Source: Patescibacteria group bacterium (lineage in GTDB: Bacteria > Patescibacteriota > Microgenomatia > UBA1400 > PJMF01). Taken from it: 33,028 nucleotides of DNA. The notes beneath the pieces were generated by a model. That model was given only the letters and a program-made list of their open reading frames with translations, ran no database searches and had not been told where the DNA came from. The position numbers and the translations under genes were made by a program. The DNA is taken from NCBI GenBank assembly GCA_018813375.1, contig JAHJBU010000053.1:1-33028 (forward strand). The letters are read 5' to 3'. The first letter of the stretch is position 1. Every line of letters begins with the position of its first letter. This document shows, piece by piece, positions 1 to 8,925 of the stretch.

Positions 1-579
1 AGATTTTATATTTATTGTAACGGTGAGATAGCCGAGCCTACGTATTTTAAGGAGTACAAGGATTTTCTTCGCTCAAGAACGATTGTCATCAACTACAAGA
101 ATTTCAAAAGACTAGCTCCTTGGGATTTAATCGCAAGAGTTGTCGAAGAAAAACAAGCACTAAGATCTCGCGGAAAATTTTATGAGGAGGATGGAGATCA
201 ATGCTGGTGTGTCTTTGACGTTGATGAATATTGGGATCAAAATCCGGACAAATTTAAGGCCGCCATAAAACTGGCTAGAGAAAATAATATCTTATTAGCC
301 TGGAGTAACGAGTGCTTTGAGCTTTGGTACCTACTGCATTTTCAAGTTTTGAATACAGGCGTTCCCCGCAACGATTACCACACTAAACTCGAGAGACATT
401 TTCGAAGATCAGGAATGCAGCCATACACCAAGAACTGTAGTGTTTTCACTCAGATAATCGAAAAGCAATCTGAAGCAATTAGAAACGCCAAACGGATATA
501 TAAGACAAGCAAGGTGGAAAGAAACCCCTCGACTGCGGTATTTAAGCTAGCTGAGGAGATAAACAAACATTTTGGATAA
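1..579 (+). CDS. RloB-like protein (AbiLii-type Toprim-like partner of an AAA ATPase); N-terminus lies upstream of the window
   Basis: Frame 1 is open from base 1 to TAA 577-579; the track shows only the part from M at 349. The translation contains CWCVFDVDEYWDQ ... NILLAWSNECFELWYLLHF, the RloB-family signature (acidic DxD patch, then SN-CFE-W-LLHF). Confidence 0.8.
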   Translation, partial: RFYIYCNGEIAEPTYFKEYKDFLRSRTIVINYKNFKRLAPWDLIARVVEEKQALRSRGKFYEEDGDQCWCVFDVDEYWDQNPDKFKAAIKLARENNILLAWSNECFELWYLLHFQVLNTGVPRNDYHTKLERHFRRSGMQPYTKNCSVFTQIIEKQSEAIRNAKRIYKTSKVERNPSTAVFKLAEEINKHFG

Positions 580-586
580 ACGTTAT

Positions 587-2035
587 ATGGAAACTAAAGA
601 ACTCGATCTTGATGAAATTGAAAAAATAATAGAATCCGGTAACCCGTCCGGATTTTTAGGGGTGATTGAAACATCTTATTTTGAGTTTAGGGAGAAGCCG
701 TATTATCCTGATAATGAGCACAACACGGTTAGCAGAGAAAAATCCCGCCTAGAGTTGTTAAAAGACTTCAGTTCTGTAGCTAACAGTGGTGGTGGCTATG
801 TGGTTATTGGATTAAAGCCTAAACTTGATCCTTCTAAATTCAACCTGGAATTTGTAGATGAAGTCAAAGGCGTTAAACAAGAAAGCATTAAATTACAAAG
901 TTGGCTTGATACTTTATCATCTTTTTTGACCCCTTCATTTCAATCTGGCTTCTTGAATTATGGTTTTATTGGTTCCAAGGAAAATCAAGTTTTTTGGCTA
1001 AAAGTACCCGACGCTAAAGATATTGGATGTTATCCCTTTATTTTAAACAAGGATCAATGGGTGACAGAAGATAATTCACTTCTTCATGGTCGTTTATTGG
1101 GAGTATATTTTCGTGATGGAGCGGAGAATAAACATTTGTTGAGCGCTGAGAAAATCCAGGAATCTATCGCCTACACTCTCTCTGGTAAAAAAGGTAAGTT
1201 GTCGGAACAATCCTTTAGTGGTTTAGAAGCAAAAATAGATCAAATTTTAGCCTTACAAAATGTGTCGCCAACAAAAACATTGGACCTTGAATCCAAAAAA
1301 AAAGACATTCTAACGAGATTTAGTGAAAGACTAGATCAGGATTCAGATTTTTTTTATTTAATTGCAGTTCCAGAAAAGCCTGTTTCAGTTCGAGATTTTT
1401 GGTTAAAGGGTGAAAATACCCTCTACGAACTAATAAAAGACCCACCCACACTTCGCCATATGGGGTGGGATCTACACACGGCTATGTCAGAATATCCAGA
1501 ACCCAAAGGTACCGCGTGGGAATCGACAAATGGTGATAGAAAAATTGTATATGTAGATAAGGATGGGGTTATCGCTGTAGGGGGAACAATTCAAGAATTT
1601 TTAGATTGGGGCTTGAATCGAGACAGTACTTCAGACGTATTGAATATAAACGCCTTCGCACTTGTTGAATTTATAACCAGTTACTTCAATTTTTTAACTG
1701 CTTATGCAAAAAAGTTTGTTCAATCAAGTTTAAACTATCAGGTTTATGGAGGGTTTTCCCTACGTCTCAATAAAAAATATAGACTGGTGTTTACCATGGG
1801 TGAAAATGGCAAGCCAGCTTTCTTCAGTCAGCAATCAAACGAGATAGATCAGAATGAATGGGATTTTGGAGTTTGTAGTCCGATATTTGAAAATAGCACT
1901 CAACCCTTTGCTGCGAATTTAGTAAGCACTATTTACGCTAGCGGCTTCGGGTATGTAGAAGACAGTCCGCCTTATCTGGTTAAGAAAGAGAAGTCCTGGG
2001 TTATTAATGAGGAGGCTTACACAAAAGCGAGTTGA
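587..2035 (+). CDS. AlbA_2/Schlafen-like N-terminal domain protein with a large uncharacterised C-terminal region
   Basis: Track ORF 572-2035; ATG at 587, and an alternative TTG at 572 overlaps the RloB stop. The N-terminus ETSYFEFREK ... FSSVANSGGGYVVIGLK resembles the AlbA_2 pattern (E-x-LEFK ... AfaNt-GG-lviGv). I recognise no motif in the remaining ~330 aa. Confidence 0.5.
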   Translation: METKELDLDEIEKIIESGNPSGFLGVIETSYFEFREKPYYPDNEHNTVSREKSRLELLKDFSSVANSGGGYVVIGLKPKLDPSKFNLEFVDEVKGVKQESIKLQSWLDTLSSFLTPSFQSGFLNYGFIGSKENQVFWLKVPDAKDIGCYPFILNKDQWVTEDNSLLHGRLLGVYFRDGAENKHLLSAEKIQESIAYTLSGKKGKLSEQSFSGLEAKIDQILALQNVSPTKTLDLESKKKDILTRFSERLDQDSDFFYLIAVPEKPVSVRDFWLKGENTLYELIKDPPTLRHMGWDLHTAMSEYPEPKGTAWESTNGDRKIVYVDKDGVIAVGGTIQEFLDWGLNRDSTSDVLNINAFALVEFITSYFNFLTAYAKKFVQSSLNYQVYGGFSLRLNKKYRLVFTMGENGKPAFFSQQSNEIDQNEWDFGVCSPIFENSTQPFAANLVSTIYASGFGYVEDSPPYLVKKEKSWVINEEAYTKAS

Positions 2036-2538
2036 AAAGAACTATGGCCGACATTCAAGAAGAATACCAACTAACAGAAGAAAGGATGCACAAGTTTCTC
2101 TTACTTTTGGATATATACTTCGAAATTATCAAGGGAAATGTTAAACACCCTAGAGCTAAAGAATGGGCCAGTCTCCTTTTGGAAATCGTGTATTCGTATT
2201 TTTATTCTGTAATAGATGATAGGGAGGATTCAATAAACGTGTTTAGAATTTGGAAAAAGAAATACCCAGACCATCAAGCAGAGATATCTCGAGTTGAAGA
2301 AAAAATAGCACCACACAAAGCTGATTTTATGAAGCTTAGACACAACGTAGGGTTCCATGGTTCCACGAGCCGGAAGGGTAATAAAGTTGGTATGCAGCTT
2401 TTTGAAAAGGTCGATGGTCAGATGGCGTTGGATTTCATGCTCGCTGTGCGGAATCTATCGACACACTTAATAAGTTTACACAAAAAAATTGATAAAAAAT
2501 TGCCGACCTATCAATGTGTTATTTGTAATGACCAATGA
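2032..2538 (+). CDS. hypothetical protein (168 aa, predicted helical)
   Basis: Track ORF. Its start overlaps the upstream stop (TTGA; alternative ATG at 2044) and its stop overlaps the next start (ATGA at 2535). No recognisable motif. Confidence 0.6.
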   Translation: MKRTMADIQEEYQLTEERMHKFLLLLDIYFEIIKGNVKHPRAKEWASLLLEIVYSYFYSVIDDREDSINVFRIWKKKYPDHQAEISRVEEKIAPHKADFMKLRHNVGFHGSTSRKGNKVGMQLFEKVDGQMALDFMLAVRNLSTHLISLHKKIDKKLPTYQCVICNDQ

Positions 2539-3458
2539 AACAAGAATTAAAATATCTCACCGATTTTATCTTAAGAGTTGTTTTTCAGTGGGTAACTCTT
2601 CTTCTTTTACTGCCAACTTTATATGATTTTCTCCATGTTTATTTCCCTGAGCCAATAAAATCATATGAGCTTTCCTCTGATTTAAGGTTAGCTTTTATGA
2701 TTTTTGCGGTGTTTATTGCTATTTACAAAGTGTGGAGAAAGGAACATTCAGCCCTGCTTTCCATTCAGGGAAGGAAAACAAGGTTCACCGTAACTCCTGG
2801 TCTGTATAAGATCCAGGTTGCAAAGCATCTACAACAAATAGACAAGAAAATAGATCGGTTAAAGTCCGAATTACCTAATCTTGAGTCAGAGGGTATATTC
2901 GATCGGTTAATGGTATCGCCCTTTTCAGGGGGTAGGAAAACACAACAGAGTGTTCAAGAATACATAGAGTCTTTGATGGAGTATAAGGAAGAGCTGATAG
3001 CATTTTGTGAAAAGCATAAGGGCATATTGGGAATTGATGTTACTCTAGAATCTGACAAGTATGATGAAAATTTATCGGTTGAGTTTATTTTAAAAACAGG
3101 AAAGATTGTTCGATCGCTTGAGTTAGATTGCCCCTGGTTACCTTCAGATCCAAGTAAAGATAGATTATCTTTTTTGGGAACAGTTGATATAAGGGAAAGA
3201 GATGTTTACCGAACGAATCTTGAATATGATGACAAAGTAATAAGTTGTAATTTGAAATATTTAAAGAAGGGTCAACCAGTCTTGTTTATTAACGAAGGGG
3301 TTTACGTGGACCCCAAAGTGCAAAAACTAAGTTTTGATGTATGTATTACGTCTAAGAATAGCGATGGATTGCAAAAATTCTCTTTCGACCAAGAGGTTGG
3401 AAAAGTTAATGACTACAAGGACATTTCTGAATTAGAAGAGTTTAATAGAGAGCTTTGA
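2535..3458 (+). CDS. membrane protein with two N-terminal TM helices and an uncharacterised soluble C-terminal domain
   Basis: Track ORF, ATGA-coupled to the upstream gene. Hydrophobic stretches VVFQWVTLLLLLPTLYDFL and LAFMIFAVFIAIYKVW lie near the N-terminus. Confidence 0.65.
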   Translation: MKQELKYLTDFILRVVFQWVTLLLLLPTLYDFLHVYFPEPIKSYELSSDLRLAFMIFAVFIAIYKVWRKEHSALLSIQGRKTRFTVTPGLYKIQVAKHLQQIDKKIDRLKSELPNLESEGIFDRLMVSPFSGGRKTQQSVQEYIESLMEYKEELIAFCEKHKGILGIDVTLESDKYDENLSVEFILKTGKIVRSLELDCPWLPSDPSKDRLSFLGTVDIRERDVYRTNLEYDDKVISCNLKYLKKGQPVLFINEGVYVDPKVQKLSFDVCITSKNSDGLQKFSFDQEVGKVNDYKDISELEEFNREL

Positions 3459-3483
3459 CATAGGCTGGTGCAGGTTCTACGGT

Positions 3484-3510
3484 GTTGACATCTCATTTCC
3501 CAATGTCAAC
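3484..3510. terminator. 8-bp inverted repeat GTTGACAT / ATGTCAAC (11-nt loop) between convergent genes; a third GTTGACAT lies at ~3525
   Basis: Read directly from the sequence. It sits between the stop of 2535-3458 and the stop of the minus-strand recombinase fragment. There is no clear T-run, so a terminator role is weak; it could instead be a recombinase site remnant. Confidence 0.25.
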
Positions 3511-4033
3511 AAAATCCCCTGATAGTTGACATTCGCCAAGTGGCTTGTAGGTAACTTGTGCTGGCAGTAGAGTGCCTTTTGATGGTTTCTGTCAGTTCGT
3601 CTTTTTCTTTGGAGTACTGCTTGAATTTGCGGTTATAAAATTCCTGGGTGATTTTTTCATCGAGTTTGTCATCGTATAATTTGTCCATTCGCCTGCTAAC
3701 CGCCTCGTAGCGTGTTTCCAGCTCGCCCACGGTGCTGTTGTGATACTGGACTTCGTCCTGATGGCTTTCTTTGAGAGCTTTTTTTAACCATTCGACGATC
3801 CTTTGGTTTTTGAGTTTCAGGTTGTCAAAGCCCGACAGGAGTTGTTCTTCGACTCCTGGCTCTTTCACCCAAGTTTCCTGGGTGCAGTCGTGGTAGTGGT
3901 TACAATGCCCGTAGTGGATTGTCCTTTGCTGTTCCCAGGTAATTAAACCATTACAGCTAGCACACTTGATTAGCCCCTGAAAGAGGTATGAGTGCTTTCT
4001 GTATTTTGGGGTAGTTTTTGGGTTAATGGACAA
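3506..4033 (-). pseudogene. large serine recombinase, C-terminal fragment only (zinc-ribbon plus coiled-coil part; catalytic N-terminal domain missing)
   Basis: YLFQGLIKCASCNGLITWEQQRTIHYGHCNHYHDC matches the recombinase zinc beta-ribbon (Y-L-GL-KC-x-CG). It is followed by a coiled-coil-like stretch (YDDKLDEKITQEFYNRKFKQY). The apparent start codon lies inside the terminal IR of the adjacent IS, and no resolvase domain occurs on the other side of the IS. Confidence 0.65.
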
Positions 4034-5128
4034 TTTGCGTTGGTTTTTTAGTTAATTTTCATTGATATTTCCGTCAAATATGTAATAATTAGCACTTTAA
4101 AAGTGCTAGATAGGTGTATTTATGAAAAAAAATGGTGTCAGAACTGCGGTGAAAAGTTACAAAAATGGGGTAAAAATAGAGATGGTTCTCAACGATATTT
4201 TTGTAAAAATTGTCAGCAAACAAAAACTAGAAAAAGACCAGAGCTAACTCAGATTAATCATAAAAAAATATTTTCAGGGTGGTTGGTGGGTAAACAAAGT
4301 CTGACTGATTTTAGTGATAAATATGACGTTTCAATAAGAACTTTAATTCGTTGGTTTACTCTCTTTTGGAGTGAAGAACCACAACCAGGAGAGACTAATA
4401 TTTCTAATCAAGTTTTAATTATTGATGGTAAATATATAGAAAAGTTAGCTACTGTTTTAGTAGCTTGCGTTACTAGAAAAGTATCTTCTTGGAGTTTTAC
4501 TCAGCGAGAAAACTATGCTAGTTGGTTAACTTTTTTTAATACTCTAGTACACAATCCTTTTGCTATTGTTTGTGATGGGCAAAAGGGAATGCTTAAAGCT
4601 ATCAAAGAAAGATTTCCTCGAGTAATTATTCAGCGTTGTCAGTTTCATGTGATGAAGTACTGTTTGAGCAAATTAACCCAGAATCCAGAGAGCAAAGCTG
4701 CTCAGGAGTTACGAAATATTGTGCTTGGGATTAGTAAAGTTAAGACAAAAGAAAATTTTAGTATTTGGTTAGCTGACTACAAAATTTGGTATCAAAACTA
4801 TTATGGATTTCTCAAAGAGAAAACTTACCAAGAACACAATTTAACTCCAACTGGTAGAAAAAGGTGGCATTACACACACGGCAGATTACACGCTGCATAC
4901 TCACACCTTAAAAATTCTTTCCCCAATCTTTTCCAATACTTAAAATACCCCAAAATTCCTAACACCACTAATTTTGTAGAAGGAGCTATCAATGCTCCAA
5001 TGCAAGAAAAGTTAAGAAATCATCGTGGACTTAAACTACCGAAAAGAAGAATTTTAATCGCTCACTATTTGAGTGTAAAACAATGATTGTTTTTAACTAA
5101 AAAACCAACGCAAATTGTCCATTAACCC
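4020..5128 (+). mobile_element. insertion sequence, ~1.1 kb, with perfect 36-bp terminal inverted repeats and a single transposase gene
   Basis: GGGTTAATGGACAATTTGCGTTGGTTTTTTAGTTAA at 4020-4055 is the exact reverse complement of 5093-5128. The flanks (…GTAGTTTTT | … | TAAAGTTAC…) show no target-site duplication. Confidence 0.85.
4103..5086 (+). CDS. DDE transposase with N-terminal zinc ribbon (IS256/Mutator-like; family assignment tentative)
   Basis: CQNCGEKLQKWGKNRDGSQRYFCKNCQ is a zinc ribbon. IVCDGQKGMLKAIKERFPRVIIQRCQFHVMKY and TTNFVEGAIN resemble the IS256-type D..G..Ai...fP...QRC.vH and TN..E motifs; ISL3-like is not excluded. GTG start at 4103. Confidence 0.75.
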   Translation: MLDRCIYEKKWCQNCGEKLQKWGKNRDGSQRYFCKNCQQTKTRKRPELTQINHKKIFSGWLVGKQSLTDFSDKYDVSIRTLIRWFTLFWSEEPQPGETNISNQVLIIDGKYIEKLATVLVACVTRKVSSWSFTQRENYASWLTFFNTLVHNPFAIVCDGQKGMLKAIKERFPRVIIQRCQFHVMKYCLSKLTQNPESKAAQELRNIVLGISKVKTKENFSIWLADYKIWYQNYYGFLKEKTYQEHNLTPTGRKRWHYTHGRLHAAYSHLKNSFPNLFQYLKYPKIPNTTNFVEGAINAPMQEKLRNHRGLKLPKRRILIAHYLSVKQ

Positions 5129-5155
5129 TAAAGTTACAATTAGCGACCGCGAGAG

Positions 5156-5653
5156 TCACTGCAGTGTTTGCTTGAACTCAATAAGTTTCTGATCAATTGT
5201 TTCAGTTGTGACCCAGGGTTTCATGCGTTTAGGAATATGAAGGAAAGTATACTGAGCGTTTAGCTTGCCTTGATTTATCAACTGCATGATTTTACAACTC
5301 ACTAAATTGCAATGAGAGTTGCCCGTGGCTTCTGCCAATTTCATCTGTGAGTTTTCAGAGAGAAACGAGTTGATTGTGACTTTTTGTTTTTCATTACCAT
5401 CAACATAATCATTGCGGAATTGATTGGTACAAATTGTCTCGATGCGAATTTGGTCTTGATCTGCTCCAGAATATGTGCCCAAACCTAAAACATATGAGGG
5501 TTGATCATGTAGCAACATTGCTAAGTAGTGCTCGATATTATTGGAATAAACTAAGTAACAACAGTTAATCTGTTTTAAACCATACAAGATTCTTCCAGTA
5601 CCACCACTTAAGGCAAAACCGTAAATTTGATTGGTAGGAAAATCATCGGTCAT
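5156..5653 (-). CDS. peptidase C15 (pyroglutamyl-peptidase)-like protein
   Basis: YVLGLGTYSGADQDQIRIETICTN, GNSHCN and YTFLHIP are spaced like the Glu/Cys/His triad regions of C15 peptidases (GlG..r..i.iE..a.N; G...CN; F.H.P). At 165 aa it is shorter than typical members. Confidence 0.4.
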   Translation of the reverse strand: MTDDFPTNQIYGFALSGGTGRILYGLKQINCCYLVYSNNIEHYLAMLLHDQPSYVLGLGTYSGADQDQIRIETICTNQFRNDYVDGNEKQKVTINSFLSENSQMKLAEATGNSHCNLVSCKIMQLINQGKLNAQYTFLHIPKRMKPWVTTETIDQKLIEFKQTLQ

Positions 5654-5660
5654 GGTAAGA

Positions 5661-6287
5661 CTAAACGCCCATAGCTTTTTTCAATCTTTGCAATTCGGTT
5701 GCTGGGTTCCTAAATACTACGTCTTCGGAGTCAAACGACTCAAGATCTAGTTCACTGATGTCACTCACCCCAACCCAGTCTGCAATGGATCGATGCTCCG
5801 GATGTTTCTTATCTTTCAGAATTTCAACTTTATCTTCATAACCACCAGTTCCACCAGAATCTTCCCAAGGACAGGCTCGTTTGCCAGCAATAACTTGTGG
5901 ATAGACTTCCTTGGAATTAAGGGACACGACTTCCTCTAGAACAATTTCATGCTCCCAGTTATCGCCAAAATCATAGACATAAGTGACTTTTGGTTGATCA
6001 TCTGACAAAAACTCCTCTAACTTAGTCGTAGCTTCATCAAGAGCTTCTTCGCCTTCACCCCAGTCATCTTCTGGATTGGGAATAGAGATATGAATGGCAT
6101 TTCGATCCCAAGCAGAGCCAACAAAGAACTGGTGCAGATGATAATCTTCCCAACCAAAACTATCTTGAATGGCAATATGTAACTCCCAAAAAGTGGCATT
6201 AGAGGGTATAAGCAATCGTCTCCAAACAGGAGGTTTAATATCTTGCAAAACTACTTTGAGTTGGTAGATTTGAGGGTTTTTTGTCAT
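5661..6287 (-). CDS. pRiA4b ORF-3-like (PRiA4_ORF3) family protein
   Basis: The N-terminus IYQLKVVLQDIKPPVWRRLLIPSNATFWELHIAIQDSFGWEDYHLHQF is the family signature (YqlkV.L.gi.PpiWRrl.vp...tl..LH..iq...GW.d.HLH.F). Confidence 0.8.
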   Translation of the reverse strand: MTKNPQIYQLKVVLQDIKPPVWRRLLIPSNATFWELHIAIQDSFGWEDYHLHQFFVGSAWDRNAIHISIPNPEDDWGEGEEALDEATTKLEEFLSDDQPKVTYVYDFGDNWEHEIVLEEVVSLNSKEVYPQVIAGKRACPWEDSGGTGGYEDKVEILKDKKHPEHRSIADWVGVSDISELDLESFDSEDVVFRNPATELQRLKKAMGV

Positions 6288-6307
6288 AAGGTAAGTATAT
6301 CATCGAA

Positions 6308-6382
6308 TGGATAGCTTTCCTCCCTGCTGAAAGCTATCCATAAATTGTTTTCATTGACAGTGAAAACAATTTATATTATAGT
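6308..6382. promoter_or_regulatory. two abutting perfect palindromes (12-bp arms at 6308-6340; 13-bp arms at 6341-6373) overlapping a candidate promoter for 6392-7681
   Basis: TGGATAGCTTTC-ctccctgct-GAAAGCTATCCA is immediately followed by TAAATTGTTTTCA-ttgacag-TGAAAACAATTTA. The second loop contains TTGACA (~6354), and TATAGT follows 17 nt downstream (~6377), about 9 nt before ATG 6392. Confidence 0.45.
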
Positions 6383-6391
6383 AGATGAAGT

Positions 6392-7681
6392 ATGACTGAT
6401 CAAACCCAGACAAAAATCACCAAAAATCTCTTAGCTTCAGCTCTCAAAGAGCAACATGAGTCTTTTATGGCCCGTGATTTAGGAGTGAAAAGAGAGATTC
6501 TAGAAAATTTGAAAGAGACTGTTTTTGCTCCGCAAGTGATGGTTATTACAGGCCTGCGGCGAGTCGGCAAATCAACTTTACTTGCTCAAGTAGCCAAGAA
6601 GTATCTCAAAGAAGACTTTTACTTTGTCAATTTCGAGGACGAGCGACTACTGAACTTCCAAGTTAGTGACTTTGATGTTCTCCACGAAACTTTGATTAGC
6701 CTGTTTGGCGAGAAGAAAACATTTTTATTTGATGAGATTCAAAATGTTCCTGAGTGGGAAAGATTTGTACGTCGTCTTCACGATCAGGGATATAAGTTTA
6801 TCGTTACAGGGTCAAATGCATCATTGTTAAGCCAAGAACTAGGTACACGTCTTACTGGTCGTTCTGTACGAGTAGAATTATTTCCATTTTCGTTTAGGGA
6901 GTATTTACATTTTCGCAGAGTTAAAACTCCTAATTTAAATGTCTTAACTACTAGGCAGAAAGGTAACTTACGCAAATTGGCCGATGAGTACATTGCTTTT
7001 GGTGGTATTCCAGATGCGCTCAAATATCCGGAGTTGGGAGTTCATAAAGCACTTTATGATGATGTTTTGTATCGCGACATTGCTACTCGGTATAGGCTTG
7101 ATAACGTCAAAAGCTTAAAAGAACTGGCATTTTACTTGGTGAGCAATACTGCCAGTTTAGTGTCATACAATAAACTTAAAGATCTACTCAAATTAGGAAG
7201 CGTGAATACGGTCATTAATTATGTTGATTATTTGGAAAATAGTTGGCTATTTTTTGTGACTAATAAATACGCTTATTCAGTCAAAGAACAACAAATTGCT
7301 GCTAAAAAAATATATGGCATTGATACAGGGCTGATTCAATCGGTAGGTTTTTCGTTTTCAGAGAACAAAGGCAAATTAATGGAAAACGTGGTTTTCTTGC
7401 AACTGCGAAAAAAATACCATGATGTGTATTACTACAAAACCGCTGAAGACTACGAGGTTGATTTTTTCTTGCCCAAAGAGGGATCTCTCATCCAAGTGGC
7501 CCAGCACTTTGATTTAGCAGAGACAAAAGAAAGAGAATTAAGAGCACTAATGAGTGCAGTCAGCGAACAGAAAAAGGCTAAAAAACTGCTTATTATTACT
7601 GAAAGCGAGAAAGTTGAACTTGAAAGGGAAGGTACACAAATTCAAGCTGTTCCATTATATGAGTGGTTATTGTTGAATTAA
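6392..7681 (+). CDS. AAA+ ATPase, AAA_14 / DUF4143 family
   Basis: Walker A in VITGLRRVGKSTLL, Walker B in FLFDEIQ, then FIVTGSNASLL...LTGRSVRVELFPFSFREYL, typical of the AAA_14-DUF4143 architecture. Confidence 0.85.
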   Translation: MTDQTQTKITKNLLASALKEQHESFMARDLGVKREILENLKETVFAPQVMVITGLRRVGKSTLLAQVAKKYLKEDFYFVNFEDERLLNFQVSDFDVLHETLISLFGEKKTFLFDEIQNVPEWERFVRRLHDQGYKFIVTGSNASLLSQELGTRLTGRSVRVELFPFSFREYLHFRRVKTPNLNVLTTRQKGNLRKLADEYIAFGGIPDALKYPELGVHKALYDDVLYRDIATRYRLDNVKSLKELAFYLVSNTASLVSYNKLKDLLKLGSVNTVINYVDYLENSWLFFVTNKYAYSVKEQQIAAKKIYGIDTGLIQSVGFSFSENKGKLMENVVFLQLRKKYHDVYYYKTAEDYEVDFFLPKEGSLIQVAQHFDLAETKERELRALMSAVSEQKKAKKLLIITESEKVELEREGTQIQAVPLYEWLLLN

Positions 7682-7704
7682 ATTGTTCACTATAAAATGA
7701 CAAT

Positions 7705-8925
7705 ATGCCCCAAGATTTCCCCAAAAGAATCACTGCTGAAACTCAAGTAAAGTTTGAAATTAGTAAATCTGGATTATATGCAATAACTGTAACCGCCCGA
7801 TGTAAAAGAAAAGACGACCTTAGAGTGGAAATTGACAATCAATTTTTTAGAGAAATTCCACCAGAAAAAAATATCCAGAAATACAATGTTCCTCCTGCTT
7901 GGAATGGCTCTATGTTAAAAGGTCGTTCTCAAACTAATATTTTCATTATCTGGTTGGAAAAAGGTGAGCACATACTCGTCTTTATTCCTAGGGAGCGCGC
8001 GCAAGTAGAAAGTTTTGATTTTTGGCAAGTATTGGATACAACAAATATTGAGGTTAACCTAGAGAAACAAGCTGAAAACGGCAACGGACGACCATGGATT
8101 ACAATTGCACTTATTAATTTCCCCCTTAAATCTATTATTGCTGAGGCTAGTGTAGATTGGCATTTATTTGACGGTGATGACGTTAAACTAATTGTTGATA
8201 ACGAAATTGAGAAAAATGCCGACTCACGACTTTGGAGAAACTGGTTGTGGCATGCTACTCCTCAACAAATCATTAGTAGCTCCAAAAGAGAACAGAAGAC
8301 TGTGGTTAAAGATCTAGATCGTGGGAATCACTACCTTGAATTCTGGGCAGATCAAACTCCCACTTTGCACAAAGTAATTTTGGATTTAGGTGAATTAGAT
8401 TCAGAAGAACCAAGCGCAAATATAGACCAACCACCACCTCGTATTCCTACTGTTGATGACCCAAGATGGACCGGAGATTTTGCTGATGATACCGATCAAA
8501 TGATTTTAGCTCGTGTCTTATTTGGAGAGGCAAGAAATACTTTAGTCCCGGATGAAGCTCGAATAGCTATTGGCTGGGTTATAAAAAATAGAGTTGAAAG
8601 TTCAAGGTGGTCAAACACTTATTGGGAAGTTATTACTACTCCTTCTCAGTTTAGCTCTATTAATGTTGGTGATGACAATCGCCCATTCGTTGAAGACCCG
8701 CTTCATAAAAATAACGAAGTAGACAAAAAGGCTTGGAAACATACCTACGATATAGCAAGGAAAATCATTAAAGGTGAAATTGCCGATCCCACTCAAGGAG
8801 CGAATCACTATTATGACGATAGTATCAGCAGTCCTGATTGGGCTAAGGATCAAAAACCTACTCTAACCATCAGCTATATTAACCAGTATGAAGTGGAAGT
8901 TAGGATTTTCTTTTTAAGCTTATGA
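7705..8925 (+). CDS. protein with C-terminal SleB-like cell-wall hydrolase (Hydrolase_2) domain
   Basis: The C-terminal ILARVLFGEARN...IAIGWVIKNRVESSRWSNTYWEVITTPSQFS...GANHYYD matches the SleB/Hydrolase_2 pattern. The N-terminal ~240 aa are uncharacterised. Confidence 0.75.
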   Translation: MPQDFPKRITAETQVKFEISKSGLYAITVTARCKRKDDLRVEIDNQFFREIPPEKNIQKYNVPPAWNGSMLKGRSQTNIFIIWLEKGEHILVFIPRERAQVESFDFWQVLDTTNIEVNLEKQAENGNGRPWITIALINFPLKSIIAEASVDWHLFDGDDVKLIVDNEIEKNADSRLWRNWLWHATPQQIISSSKREQKTVVKDLDRGNHYLEFWADQTPTLHKVILDLGELDSEEPSANIDQPPPRIPTVDDPRWTGDFADDTDQMILARVLFGEARNTLVPDEARIAIGWVIKNRVESSRWSNTYWEVITTPSQFSSINVGDDNRPFVEDPLHKNNEVDKKAWKHTYDIARKIIKGEIADPTQGANHYYDDSISSPDWAKDQKPTLTISYINQYEVEVRIFFLSL

